Shown here in pieces: positions 1 through 10,253 of a stretch of 64,000 bases of DNA (positions are counted from its first letter, which is position 1; every line of letters starts with the position of its first letter). The position numbers and the translations under genes are program-made. This stretch comes from Cyanophora paradoxa CCMP329 (Eukaryota; Plantae; Glaucophyta), in contig QPMI01000596.1 of the NCBI GenBank assembly GCA_004431415.1, forward strand, positions 1-64,000, in the 5' to 3' direction. The notes beneath the pieces are model-generated. The model had not been told where the DNA came from. It searched no databases and saw nothing but the letters and a program-made list of their open reading frames with translations.

Positions 1-51
1 CACAATCAAGTAAGCCTTAAGTATTCTTGTCAAATTTTGGTCTTTTCGATA

Positions 52-147
52 GGTGTCACAGGTGTTCACAGGTTTTTATCGTCCCTGGTCATTTTTCTTT
101 TATAGCCCCCTAGATGGGATGGACCTGTGACACCTGTGAACAACACC
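52..147. repeat. Iteron-like inverted repeat (GGTGTCACAGGTGTTCACAGG ... CCTGTGACACCTGTGAAC), candidate replication origin
   Basis: Two tandem TGT(T)CACAGG units, a ~50-nt spacer, then two inverted units. Lies ~100 bp downstream of the helicase stop. A second copy is at 9586-9674. Confidence 0.7.
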
Positions 148-241
148 ATTTCCAGTAAGGCTATAAAAATACATATACATTTCAATCATAAATCGTTTTG
201 TTTAATATTCAAATCCTCTCCATTGTCTTCTTGAACCCTTG

Positions 242-2520
242 TTATCTTTCGAAGTCCAATGTAGCCCTTGCTCTGGTTCCCTGAATTCGTTTAACCTCTG
301 ATTTCACATTGAAGATTTCCCTTACTCTCTTCATCACAGAAACACATTCAACTTTATCATCGACACTTCTGTATGATTTGTAAATGATATCACTCGAAAC
401 AAAGTCGTTTGCATTATGGGTAACTTCGAAATTATCCCTAAGCCATTCACCAATCTTATCATTTTCAGCTATAAAGTTTATTCCCTGTTCAATAATCGAT
501 TGAGGGGGATTTCTTAAGATCTCTTCAACCTCTTTGTTCTTCCACATATCCAGTAATATCTTCATGTGAGCCATCTTATACTCATCATCATTGTGTAGAA
601 GTGTGAACAGAGTTGGGTCAGCTTTCTTTGACCAGCTTCAGGCTTCTCTCTGAATATATTATTGAATCTCTGGTATGAAAGTCTTCTTTGAATTGCAAAG
701 TCTGGTTTATTTATAGTCAAATTGTCATTAGTTGTAATGTAACCTGAAATTGGAGTAAGGATACTGGGTCTTTGAACAAGGCTCTCACAGTCATTTCATT
801 TCCACCTGTGACCTCCTTAATTTTGGAGATCTGCAGTTTATCACCATCTTCAGCCTCATTACTGAATACAAGTCGCTTTCCAAGGAGTTTGGCAAGTTCA
901 GGAGTAGCATCTGATGAGTTCTTTTTAGGTTTGTCCAATAGGATATTTCGAGAGGGCTATAATAAGCCCCTGAATCTGTTTGCAGTATTCCTGAACAAGT
1001 GATTTACCATTTGCACCAGCACCAGTCCACATGTAGAACTTCTGATTTTGTTGATCCACTGAGCAATTGCAATAGATGCCAGAAGATAGTTTCGCTCTGC
1101 TGGATCATCTACAATCTCTCTATAAATCTGATTGAGATGGTCTACTTTCTTGGGGTCTACATTCTCAGTATAATCATAACCCACACTCTTGCTCACCATA
1201 TCTTCCAGTTTCCCTTTCTGAAAGTCATAGTTGTCAGATCAAATACACCATTATCGAATCCAATTACATATGGAACTGTATCAATCTTTCATAGAATTCA
1301 TCATCATTCAGCAGAGGGAGCAGATCAGTCAGAAGGGATTTGCGATATCCTGATTGTTTAAGATTTTTGGCAATAGAAATTAATGTTTTCGATTTCTCTT
1401 CGAAAGCTGTTCTATTCTCTTCATCCTTCAAAGCTCTTTGGCTATAATGCACAGCCCTGCCAAGGTATTGAGGGACAACAAGGCAACTTATGTCTAGGTA
1501 AATCTTTTGGTTTGTGTCATCATGCTCCCAAATCCCAGTATCAGTATTGAGTTTGAACCATGACTTTTTGGAGTATCTCCAAGTATGTTGTAGTACCTCT
1601 TTGCACACAAGACTGACATCATAATGAGCGCCTCCAGAACCAGCGGATTATCAATGAGATTGAAGATATCAGATTGCATTCCAATGAAGATAAATCGTTT
1701 TTTGCAATTGCCACTGTAGCTGGACACAATATACTTTTTATCTTCTCCTTTGGCTTTCATAACATACCAGTTATTCGATTCATGGGACCATTGCAGCATG
1801 GGCAATTGAAGTCCCTTATTAGCAGCATCAAAGTTAAAGCCAGTTCAGTTTGAGAGATTATATTGGGATGCATAAAGCCCATATCCACCAGCTCTTTAAG
1901 AATACTCTTTTCCAATTCATCATGTGAGGTAGCATTAGCAGTATACTCACTCTTATAGATATAGTTCTCTGCAATCCACTTTTTAAACTCATCAGTAGGC
2001 TCATTGAAATCACAGGTATCATCCCATGGAGCAATTACCCAGGTCTTGTTGACACTGGGACAAACATTAATTAATCCAGAAGTTCCAGTTCCAGTGATTG
2101 TTTTCAGGTCAACCTTTTCAAAGCCTTTAAAGCCTGGAGCCTTATCGGTGATTTTGAGTTTAGTGAACTCCTCAGGTCGTTTAAAGTAGACATGATAGCC
2201 TTTTTTAGTTTTTGCCATGGGCTGATTGGCATCAAAGTCATCAGGAAACATATCCGGAATTTCTCAAAGTTCTCCTCATCATCAAAGTCAATAACCATCA
2301 TGTTGTCTGAGAGCAGAATGCCCCAAGATACATACTGATTAGTTGCCAGCGCTTCCTCATACTTTTCCCAGGACCAAGCACCTCCCTTATGCTTGAAAAC
2401 TGGGTCTTTGCTGTCAGGTTTCACTGGGATAATCATGTTTTTGGCGAGTTCCTCATCAGATCGAAGCCAGTTAGCGAGCGATTTGATTAACTTGTCTGTT
2501 TGGCGTTCATTTTCAGCGAT
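242..2520 (-). pseudogene. PrimPol-type primase + Zn-binding + D5-like SF3 helicase (frameshifted)
   Basis: Consecutive fragments: GILLSDNMMVIDFDD and KTKKGYHVYF (PrimPol motifs), FNCPCCNG, WFKLNTDTGIWEHDD and MVSKSVGYDY (D5_N), WTGAGANGKS Walker A (~995-1030, off-frame in the ORF track), ATPELAKLLGKRLVFSNE...IKEVTGGNEMTVRALF (SF3). The probable start at 2520 reads ATC (M/I-AENE), directly after the promoter motif. Confidence 0.9.
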
Positions 2521-2530
2521 TGGGGTCCCT

Positions 2531-2566
2531 TTTATATATATAGAAGATTTTTCTTTAAGTAGTTTT
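2531..2566 (-). promoter_or_regulatory. Viral promoter motif copy 1 (AAAACTACTTAAAGAAAAATCTTCTATATATATAAA)
   Basis: 35/36 identical to the copy at 3857-3892; ~10 bp upstream of the primase start. Confidence 0.75.
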
Positions 2567-2721
2567 GGGTCCCCCAATCATTTTTTGTTGGAAATCGAGA
2601 AAGTATCCCTACGAAATTTATCCACATGATATATCGAGTGGTTCAGATACAAAAAGGATGAATGGTATTTCAGCGAATAAACAGCATATCCCCAGCCTAG
2701 TAATATGCTGGGAAAAATAAT

Positions 2722-2976
2722 TTAGACATGTTTCGATTTTCTCCCTCTGTTTGAGTAAGGGACATCATACAAATATTTGACAAAGCAGACTGCATTGGCT
2801 GCATACTTTCGCTGACATGAACTTGCTATTTTCATGGCTCTATAGGTATCATCGGTTTGATATAGATCTCTTAGCTGTGTGGCTATTTTTTCGTTAAACT
2901 TTTTGATTTGAGCCTTACCTTTTTCAGTTTGCTGGTACCTCTTCATAGCTCTCTTCTGGGCTTCACTGAGTGGCAT
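2722..2976 (-). CDS. Small basic hypothetical viral protein (MPLSEAQKRAMKRYQQ...)
   Basis: Intact 84-aa ORF preceded by a copy of the promoter motif. Confidence 0.7.
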   Translation of the reverse strand: MPLSEAQKRAMKRYQQTEKGKAQIKKFNEKIATQLRDLYQTDDTYRAMKIASSCQRKYAANAVCFVKYLYDVPYSNRGRKSKHV

Positions 2977-2992
2977 TTTTCCTCTGTCTCTC

Positions 2993-3027
2993 TTAATATA
3001 TATAGAGAATTCTTTAAATCATTTTTT
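2993..3027 (-). promoter_or_regulatory. Viral promoter motif copy 2 (TGATTTAAAGAATTCTCTATATATATTAA)
   Basis: Same TTAAAGA...TCTATATATAT core, ~17 bp upstream of ATG 2976. Confidence 0.65.
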
Positions 3028-3032
3028 GTTCT

Positions 3033-3850
3033 TTAACCTCTCTGTCCAAATCTCTCAATATACATAAGTTTGAAATGCTTACCTAGCAATGCTACAAATG
3101 GTTCGATTTCCAAGGTCTCCCATGTTTTCTTGTCCTTATTCCATCTGCAATCTAATCCTTTTGCGATATCTTTTTTAAGAAAAGGCACCTGAAACCCAGC
3201 AACCAATGTGTTTGTTGTACTGAGTTCTGCATACATTTCAATCAATGCAGATCTACCCTCTCTGAACCTCTCTATATCATCTCTGCGAAGATTATCCATT
3301 TTTGGAATGAACTGGTTGCACCAAATCAGGAAAAGATTAACTGCATGTCTATTCCTTGCTCTTTCTTGTTCTAATTCTCTCTGCCTTCGCTCTCTTTCTT
3401 CTAATTCAAGTTGTTTCTTTCGCTCCTCTGCTTCTTTCTGGATTTGCTTTTTTCTTTCCAATTCCTCCTCCTTTATGATAATCCTGCACTTATTGCAGAA
3501 ATTATCCTTACGGTTTTTATGTCGATCTCCGCATTTCTTGCATATATCTTCCCTCCTTGCACCATTTGGCATAAATCGTTTAATGCAGCAGTTGCCAACA
3601 AGAACCACAATCTTTTTATCCACATGCAAGATGTAGCATTGTTCTTCAATATGATGCTTGCAAGCACAGCTGTTTGAGTGTGGAGGAAGGCTTTCGTGAG
3701 TCAAATCATACTTTGCAAGTTTCAAATACAAAGAGTTCATATATTTGCTTCTCCCCAAAGCGACAAAGTCTTTAAGTTATTAGATCCACAAAGAAACATT
3801 AATGTAGCCTTCAAGCGTTCCAGAGAAGATGTTGCTTTGTTCTCTGCCAT
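3033..3850 (-). CDS. Cys/His-rich Zn-finger protein with coiled coil and C-terminal DUF5710-like motif (one frameshift near the 5' end)
   Basis: CACKHHI...VGNCCIKRF...CKKCGDRHKNRKDNFCNKCR; C-terminal VPFLKKDIAKGLDCRWNKDKKTW resembles DUF5710. ATG at 3850 (MAENK) follows the promoter motif. Confidence 0.65.
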
Positions 3851-3856
3851 TGTCCT

Positions 3857-3892
3857 TTTATATATATAGAAGATATTTCTTTAAGTAGTTTT
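3857..3892 (-). promoter_or_regulatory. Viral promoter motif copy 3 (AAAACTACTTAAAGAAATATCTTCTATATATATAAA)
   Basis: Near-identical to 2531-2566; 6 bp upstream of ATG 3850. Confidence 0.75.
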
Positions 3893-3961
3893 CATCAAAT
3901 TTTTGCGTTCGGAATATCCCCATTTAAAACCTCCCCTTTTAGTAGGAACAAGTTAGGAACT

Positions 3962-4213
3962 ATGCCCCGAATTAGCAACAGACTCATTAGAGAGAAGAAA
4001 TGGGAACTCATGGGATTACTGGGAACACTGTATGCAGCCCATGAAATTACAGAGGCTGAATATGACCGGGAAATCGGATTTATTTCAAGGGGCAGACCCA
4101 CTTTAGCAAAATTAACCAGAAAAGCCAATAACCTCTATGATAAAGTTGAAACTCTTGATGAACTCGATCGCCTGAGGCAAATAGAACCAGAGGCAGAAGA
4201 TGGTACAGCATGA
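3962..4213 (+). CDS. Hypothetical viral ORF, or frameshifted N-terminus (terminal-protein region) of pPolB
   Basis: 83-aa ORF directly upstream of the polymerase fragments; no recognisable motif. Confidence 0.45.
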   Translation: MPRISNRLIREKKWELMGLLGTLYAAHEITEAEYDREIGFISRGRPTLAKLTRKANNLYDKVETLDELDRLRQIEPEAEDGTA

Positions 4214-7187
4214 ATGAATTATATCGCTGGCTCACTACAGAGCCAGAAGGGAAGTTGTTGTTGATGTGATTGAATATTTAGATAGAATTGCAACCTCTCT
4301 ACCAAAACGTTTAAGAGACAGTCTAGATCAATTCAGGGCAATCAAAGTTCGCTTATCGTTTATCTGCAAGTTCGTAAAAGTCAGCAATCCACAGGTTTGG
4401 ATATCGAAATACATTTACAGCGATTATTTTGTATTAACCAAATCGAGAAATATTCGAACTGAGCTGAATAAAGCAGCCCAAATGTGTCAGGAGCAGATGA
4501 ATGTTGTTGATAGCTATCGATTGGAGAGAATCGAAATGCTAGAGTTGCTATTATGAGTTATGCCCCAACTGGTGGTGCTATGTTAAAACACCAGATCAAT
4601 TGCAGCCAAGAGAGCCACAGTGAATATTCGAAATATTGATGATTCTTGCTTCGAAAATGCCATTTTGGCATGGATCCATAGGAAAGATGTAATTCCCACA
4701 AGAGAAGTGAGCTTACACAATATCGCAAATGGAAATACTCACCAACCACATACAATCCTTTGGCTCTCAATTTCGATAACATCCCATTCCCTGTTCCTGT
4801 GATGCTGAAATCATTGATAAATTCGAATCTCAAAATGCAGGCATCAGCATAAACATATTTGGAATGGATGAGATGTTATATATCCCCTACATCAATCCAG
4901 CAACCCAGGCAGAAAGCAAAAGATTAATCTCATGCTCATTCATGATGATGAAGGGAATGGTCACTATATTACAATCATGTCCCTTTCAAGACTTCTCAGA
5001 GTTGCCCTTGATAAAACCAAGGATCAAAAGTTACACTACTGTGACACATGCTTATCTCGATTCAGGTCTGAGGCTAAACTCACTGCTCATGTGGACTCAA
5101 ACAGATGCATTGATTGGAGACTCTCAAAGGGAATCACCCTAAGCCTGAGACCACCATAGAGTTTGGACTGAAAAACCTCAGGAAAACTGTGTGGCTTCCT
5201 GTTGTGGTTACTGCAAGATTGAACATAGAAGCATCCCCATTGATGCATCGAAATCCAAGAGAGAAGTCTCAGCAGTCAACTAGAATAGTCACTGGGGCAG
5301 ATGTTCAAGATTTTCGATTTGAGGGCAGGATCCAATGGGAGGTCTGTTTGAATGCTTGGAGTCCAAAGCAAGAGAACTAATCGATTTCCTGTTTACCAAT
5401 ATTCCCATGAATGAACTCACAGATGAGCAAAAGGCTATTTACAGAGCTACCAAACACTGTTACCTTTGCAGTGAGAGGTTCACAAGGAAAACTTCAAATG
5501 CAGGGATCATGATCACCACACAGGTCATTACATTGCCCTGCATGCAGAAACTGCAATCTCCATAGGAGAATCTCAAAGCAAACCAAAGTTGCAGTTGTTG
5601 TTGACCAAATGGATGACTGTGGGACATTCATTTTCAGAAAAATAGCAGGCATGGGTGATAAAAAGCGAATCGAAATCCTTTCGAAAAATTTGATCAATAT
5701 CTTTCATTGCAATGGGGTCTTTACAAGTTCATTGATGCAAGTAATTTATGGACTTTGGGGCTGCTGATGTAGATGAGTTAATGAGCAAATTCCAGGCTTT
5801 CAGAAGGCTTTCACACTCAGTATATGGATTGGACCCAGTTCATTATGTATCTGCACCTGGGTTATCTTGGGATGCTATGCTTAGGACCACCAAGGCAAAA
5901 ATAGAGCTTATAAGTGATGTAGAGCAATACGAATTTGTTGAGAGGGAATCAGGGGTGGCTTTGCAACAATGCCTTGTAGGTATGCTGAGGCTGATGGTGA
6001 GAACTCCCATATTATGCTGTTTGATGCTAACAACTGTATGGCTACTGCTTGAGTCAGCCTATTCCAGTTGGTGATTTTAGATGGGAGACCGAATTCAACC
6101 CAACAAGATAACAGATCCAGTTTCCTGGAAGTTGATCTGGATTACCCAATTAGCTGTTTCTAGATCACAGTGATTTCCCCCCTAATTATAAACAAGAAAA
6201 TAGTAGAATATGCAGAATTATCACAATATCAAAAGAGCCTATTGGATCTCTCAGGAGAAGAGCTTGATAAGACCCCTAAGCTAACTGCAACCTTTGGTTC
6301 TGTGACAAACTATGTGATTTCTGAGCCTCTTCTACAGTATATTCTGACCAAAGGTGTGAAACTAAAGAAGGTTCACAGGGTCCTATCATTTACTGTGGCT
6401 CCTGTAATGAAACCCTACATTGAGCTGAACACTGATATGAGAAGGAAAGCAGTGAATAAATTCGAGGCTGATTTCTATAACTCATGAATAACTCAATCTA
6501 TGGAAATGCATTGAATCATGTAGAGGTAGATCTGTGGTTAAGATTGCCAACAGTGAGAAACTGTTTATGAAATATGCAGCCTCTCCTTTAGTGAAATCAA
6601 CAAGTCCCATAAGTGAAAGGGCAGTTGCCTTTGAGTTTTACACAAAACATGTGAAGCTAGATAAGCCTGTTGCTATTGGGGCTTATGTTTTGGATACTGC
6701 CAAACTGCATAACTACAAGTTCTTCTATGATACTGTAAGGTCCCAGTGGGCAAAAGCAAAGTTACTATTCCATGATACTGACTCCTTTTGTCTATATATC
6801 GAATCTAAGACCCTACAAAAAGATATAGGGAATATCTCTTATGCATTGGACCTAGGGGGGTCTAACAGAATGACCCCAGGTAAATACAAAAATGAGATGC
6901 CAGGTTCTGCTATATTGGAGTATGTAGGTCTGAGAGCCAAAGTTTACAGTTTCAGAACAGCTGAGATTGAGAGAAGTAAGCTATCTGGGACTTCCACTGA
7001 GGAACTCCAATTCAATGATTTTAAGGAGTGTTTATTTGCAGGTATCAGCAAGACTGTGACTGCAAAGCAGAAGAGAAGGGCAGATCACACAATAATAGAT
7101 ACTGTGAGTAGAAGGGTTGCCCTAAACTGCTTTGATGCAAAGAGATACATCTTACCAGATGGTATTAATTCTGTTCCTTTTAATTAA
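4210..7187 (+). pseudogene. polB: Protein-primed family B DNA polymerase (Polinton/adintovirus type), frameshifted
   Basis: NIRNIDDSCFENAILA; GHYITIMSLSRLL..HYCDTCL; HCYLC..RDHDHHTG (endonuclease-VII-like); YGLDPVHYVSAPGLSWDAML; FDANN (motif A); FY(K)LMNNSIYG (motif B); DKPVAIGAYVLD; FHDTDSF (motif C); EYVGLRAKVYS; DAKRYILPDGINSVPF. Confidence 0.95.
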
Positions 7188-7190
7188 GAG

Positions 7191-8442
7191 ATGCCAGCAA
7201 CTGGAAGAATAGTTAGGAGAACCACTGAGCAACTGCAAGGTAACCTACTGCCTATCACAGTTCCAAAGGAGGAAAAGGGGGAATCTCGAATTGTTAAAAA
7301 GTCTGAAATGAAAGAGCTTGTCCCAGTAGAGATCCCAGTTGCTATTGCAGTGAAAGAAACTAGCAAGATTGCCAAGAGATTCTATGATGTGAGAACTGGT
7401 TACAAAGGGCTTCAAGCTATGAGGCTGAGTTACCAGATGAATCCTACAAGCAGTTGCAAGAGTTCTATAAAAAGCAAGAGGTAGTTCAGATCAATGCACC
7501 TGCTATATCTAGAAAGAGAGATCCCATGGTTCCAATAAGGCAACCCTTGATACCTATGTGATTGATTTGCTCTTTTTCCCCAGCTTATAAGAAACAAAAC
7601 AATGGCTATGATACATTTATGACTGCAATGGAATCAACACTGAGAACTGGATATATCATACCTATAAGGGATAAATCAGCTCTCACTACATTAGCTGCAT
7701 TTAAACAGCTTGAGATGAGAGTAGCAAGACCATAGTAAAGGTTCAATCAGATGCTGGGAGTGAATTCCAAATCGAATATTCCAGAGTATTTATCTAGTAA
7801 TACATAGAACACAAGTGAGTGGAACTGCTGACCACAGAAGCCAAGGTCGAATTGAAGCCTTTAACAAGCAGATTAAGAGACTGATCACAAACTACTGCAT
7901 AGCTAATAACACAGCTAGATTTTTTGATGTGTTAGGTGATATTGAGTATAATTACAATAATACAGTTCACTCAGCTACTAAGATGAAGCCAGGCGAAACT
8001 ACAGAGGAGCATTATAGGTATATAGTGGGATTAGAAGATGAGAGATTCAAGAATCAATAGCTTATCTTGATACCATGCAACCTGGCATGTTTGTTAGAGT
8101 GAAAGTTGAGAAGAACCCCTTTGCTAAAACAGGGTAACAATTGGTCTAGGATGGTTTACACTGTTGATAGTAGGGAGGCTTTAAATTAAGCTAAGGAGTC
8201 CCACTGGTGAGATCATAGATAACAGGTTTGCTTTCCATGAGTTGTTGCCTGTGAATGCAGTTGAGTATCTGGAAACCCCTACAGTAGATGCCTTAGAGCA
8301 AGCCAAAGAAGAAGCCAGGGTTGATGCTGCTATAAGGAGAGAAGGCATAGAAGCTGCTAATGAAGTCCCAGATAAGCCTTTGATAGAGCTAGGAAGGAGA
8401 AGGCTGGGAAAGTTAATAGGGAACTCAAAAAGCTCACCATAG
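7191..8442 (+). pseudogene. rve (retroviral-like DDE) integrase of Polinton type, frameshifted
   Basis: FYDVRTGYKG; YVIDLLF (D); QSDAGSEF (D); GRIEAFNKQIK (E); NYNNTVHSATKMKP; GMFVRVKVEKNPFAK. Confidence 0.92.
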
Positions 8443-9063
8443 CAGGCACACAGAAACTTTCAGAAGTGAATAGCCAGAGATGGTATAGTGACTTTCAGAC
8501 TACTAAGGAGTCATATACAGCCCCTAAACCTCAAAGAACACTAAGAGAGAGGACCAAAACTAGCTAGTTTGCTAGCCGAAAACCGTCTTTTTTCCAAATA
8601 TATGTATGACTGATATACATATATACATATATGCATATGATATACACATTGTCTTGTAGATCTTTTCAAGCGCTTCACAGCGATATGCAGAACGTTGCGA
8701 TTTGATAATCTGGTGATGAGATACAAGCGTTTGAAGATGCCGATTATCGATTTTTCGAGATTTCGGAATGATGCATCATAATGATGTAATAATGATGTAT
8801 CATAAACACATAACATATATAATTCGCCGTGATCGTCATGATCTCCCGAGTTCGATGGTGTGTCATATATATCATATACATATGCATCGTCATTATGACA
8901 TCATTTCGTAACATAACACGTCCGTCATCGTCTTTTTTCGCAGCGAACAGATAAGTGAACAGTTAACGAGACAACTATTGTAATAGTGTACTGCAACAAC
9001 AATTGAAACAAGATATGCGGGAAAGCTATTGAAAGACAATGAAGCAAATTGCGAACAATTAAG

Positions 9064-9142
9064 TGAACAGTTAAGTGGACACCTGTTGGGAGTAGGCAGT
9101 GTCTACTCGTTTATCGTGAAACGGTGTCCACTTAACTGTTCA
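9064..9142. repeat. Perfect 20-bp inverted repeat TGAACAGTTAAGTGGACACC, 39-nt loop
   Basis: Arms at 9064-9083 and 9123-9142; related direct repeats at ~8943-8965 and ~9051-9074. Confidence 0.9.
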
Positions 9143-9585
9143 TTTAACTGTTGACGAAAACCCATGCATTATGACATCATATCATTAAACCACATACAAA
9201 ACACTAAAATGCATGTATCTCTTCACCAACTCATCATGTGACAAAACCAAAAACAGATTCGGAATCTCTTAACGAGGCCTGCCTGACGATGTAAGTATCA
9301 TAGGCTCAATAATTCATATGTTTATAAGCATCTCCCCTTGATTCCCCCTATTATATAATATTTATATTAAAGTGGACTCAAGGTTGACTCATATTAATCG
9401 TAAAAGTAGTAAAAGTATATGGATTTTGTTACGAATTCAATGCAAGGGTTGACTAAGTGGGTTGAGTTGACTCAAATTTCACAGGAAATAACAATGAATC
9501 AGAGTATAAATGCATTTTTTGAATCAACTACACCAACTAACACTGAGATTTTAACAATATATGAGGTCCTTACTGAATATGGTAT

Positions 9586-9674
9586 GTGTCACAGGTGTCA
9601 CAGGTCTATCCAGCTCAAGCCCTATAAAGAGTGATTTTCCCTTTCGATGGGATGGACTGTGACACCTGTGACAC
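9586..9674. repeat. Perfect 18-bp inverted repeat GTGTCACAGGTGTCACAG, 53-nt loop
   Basis: Arms at 9586-9603 and 9657-9674; shares GATGGGATGGAC with the copy at 52-147. Confidence 0.9.
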
Positions 9675-9931
9675 CCAATTATTCATTAAATTCTTAAGGG
9701 TCCCCCTTAGACTCATTAAAACATGAGAAAAACATATCAATTTCATGTATAATTACGATTGGATTCAATAAAAGATCTATTTGTTTTATTAAACAAATGA
9801 ATCTTATATGGATCTTAATCGAGTTAAGCGATATATTTCCGATTAAATGAATTAAATTTAATTAAATTTAATCGAGAAAGTACATGAATATAATATCGAT
9901 TAAATCAATTAACAAAAAGACCAATCACACA

Positions 9932-10204
9932 TAGTAAAATGCGGAGTTTTAACCAGAGGCAAGATCTAATTGAGATTCAGTTATATTATTCGGAATTTTA
10001 TACAGATTATCGATTAACTCAGTAAGACTAATCGGAAAATAAGAGAAATTTACGATAAAATATCGAAAAGAATACAAAATAATCGAAATAAATGAATATT
10101 CGATAAGATATACACAGATTATCGATTGATTGAAATAGAATATACGAGATATATCAACAAAATCAATTAAGATAAGCCGAGGGTTAAAACTCCGCATTTT
10201 ACTA
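9932..10204. repeat. Perfect 23-bp inverted repeat TAGTAAAATGCGGAGTTTTAACC at the element end
   Basis: Arms at 9932-9954 and 10182-10204 around a very AT-rich spacer. Confidence 0.9.
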
Positions 10205-10253
10205 ATGTGTCCCGCCCCTAAGTGCGCCCCTGACCATCCCCCCTCTCGCGCAG

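Larger units (their letters stand above)
1..10204. mobile_element. Endogenous Polinton/Maverick-like (Polinton-like virus) element, right portion; left end outside the window
   Basis: Abrupt AT-rich to GC-rich switch at ~10205. Intron-less ORFs for pPolB, rve integrase and D5 primase-helicase. The end reads ...TTTTACT, matching the AG...CT termini known for Polintons. No capsid, packaging ATPase or protease is seen inside the window. Confidence 0.9.

Noticed and set aside
52-9674. The two TGTCACAGG hairpins as the element's terminal inverted repeats
   Set aside because: They are in direct orientation, and AT-rich element sequence continues beyond both.
8541-10197. Short ORFs 8541-8816, 9419-9634 and 9949-10197
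   Set aside because: No motifs, low-complexity composition, overlap with hairpins; probably non-coding.
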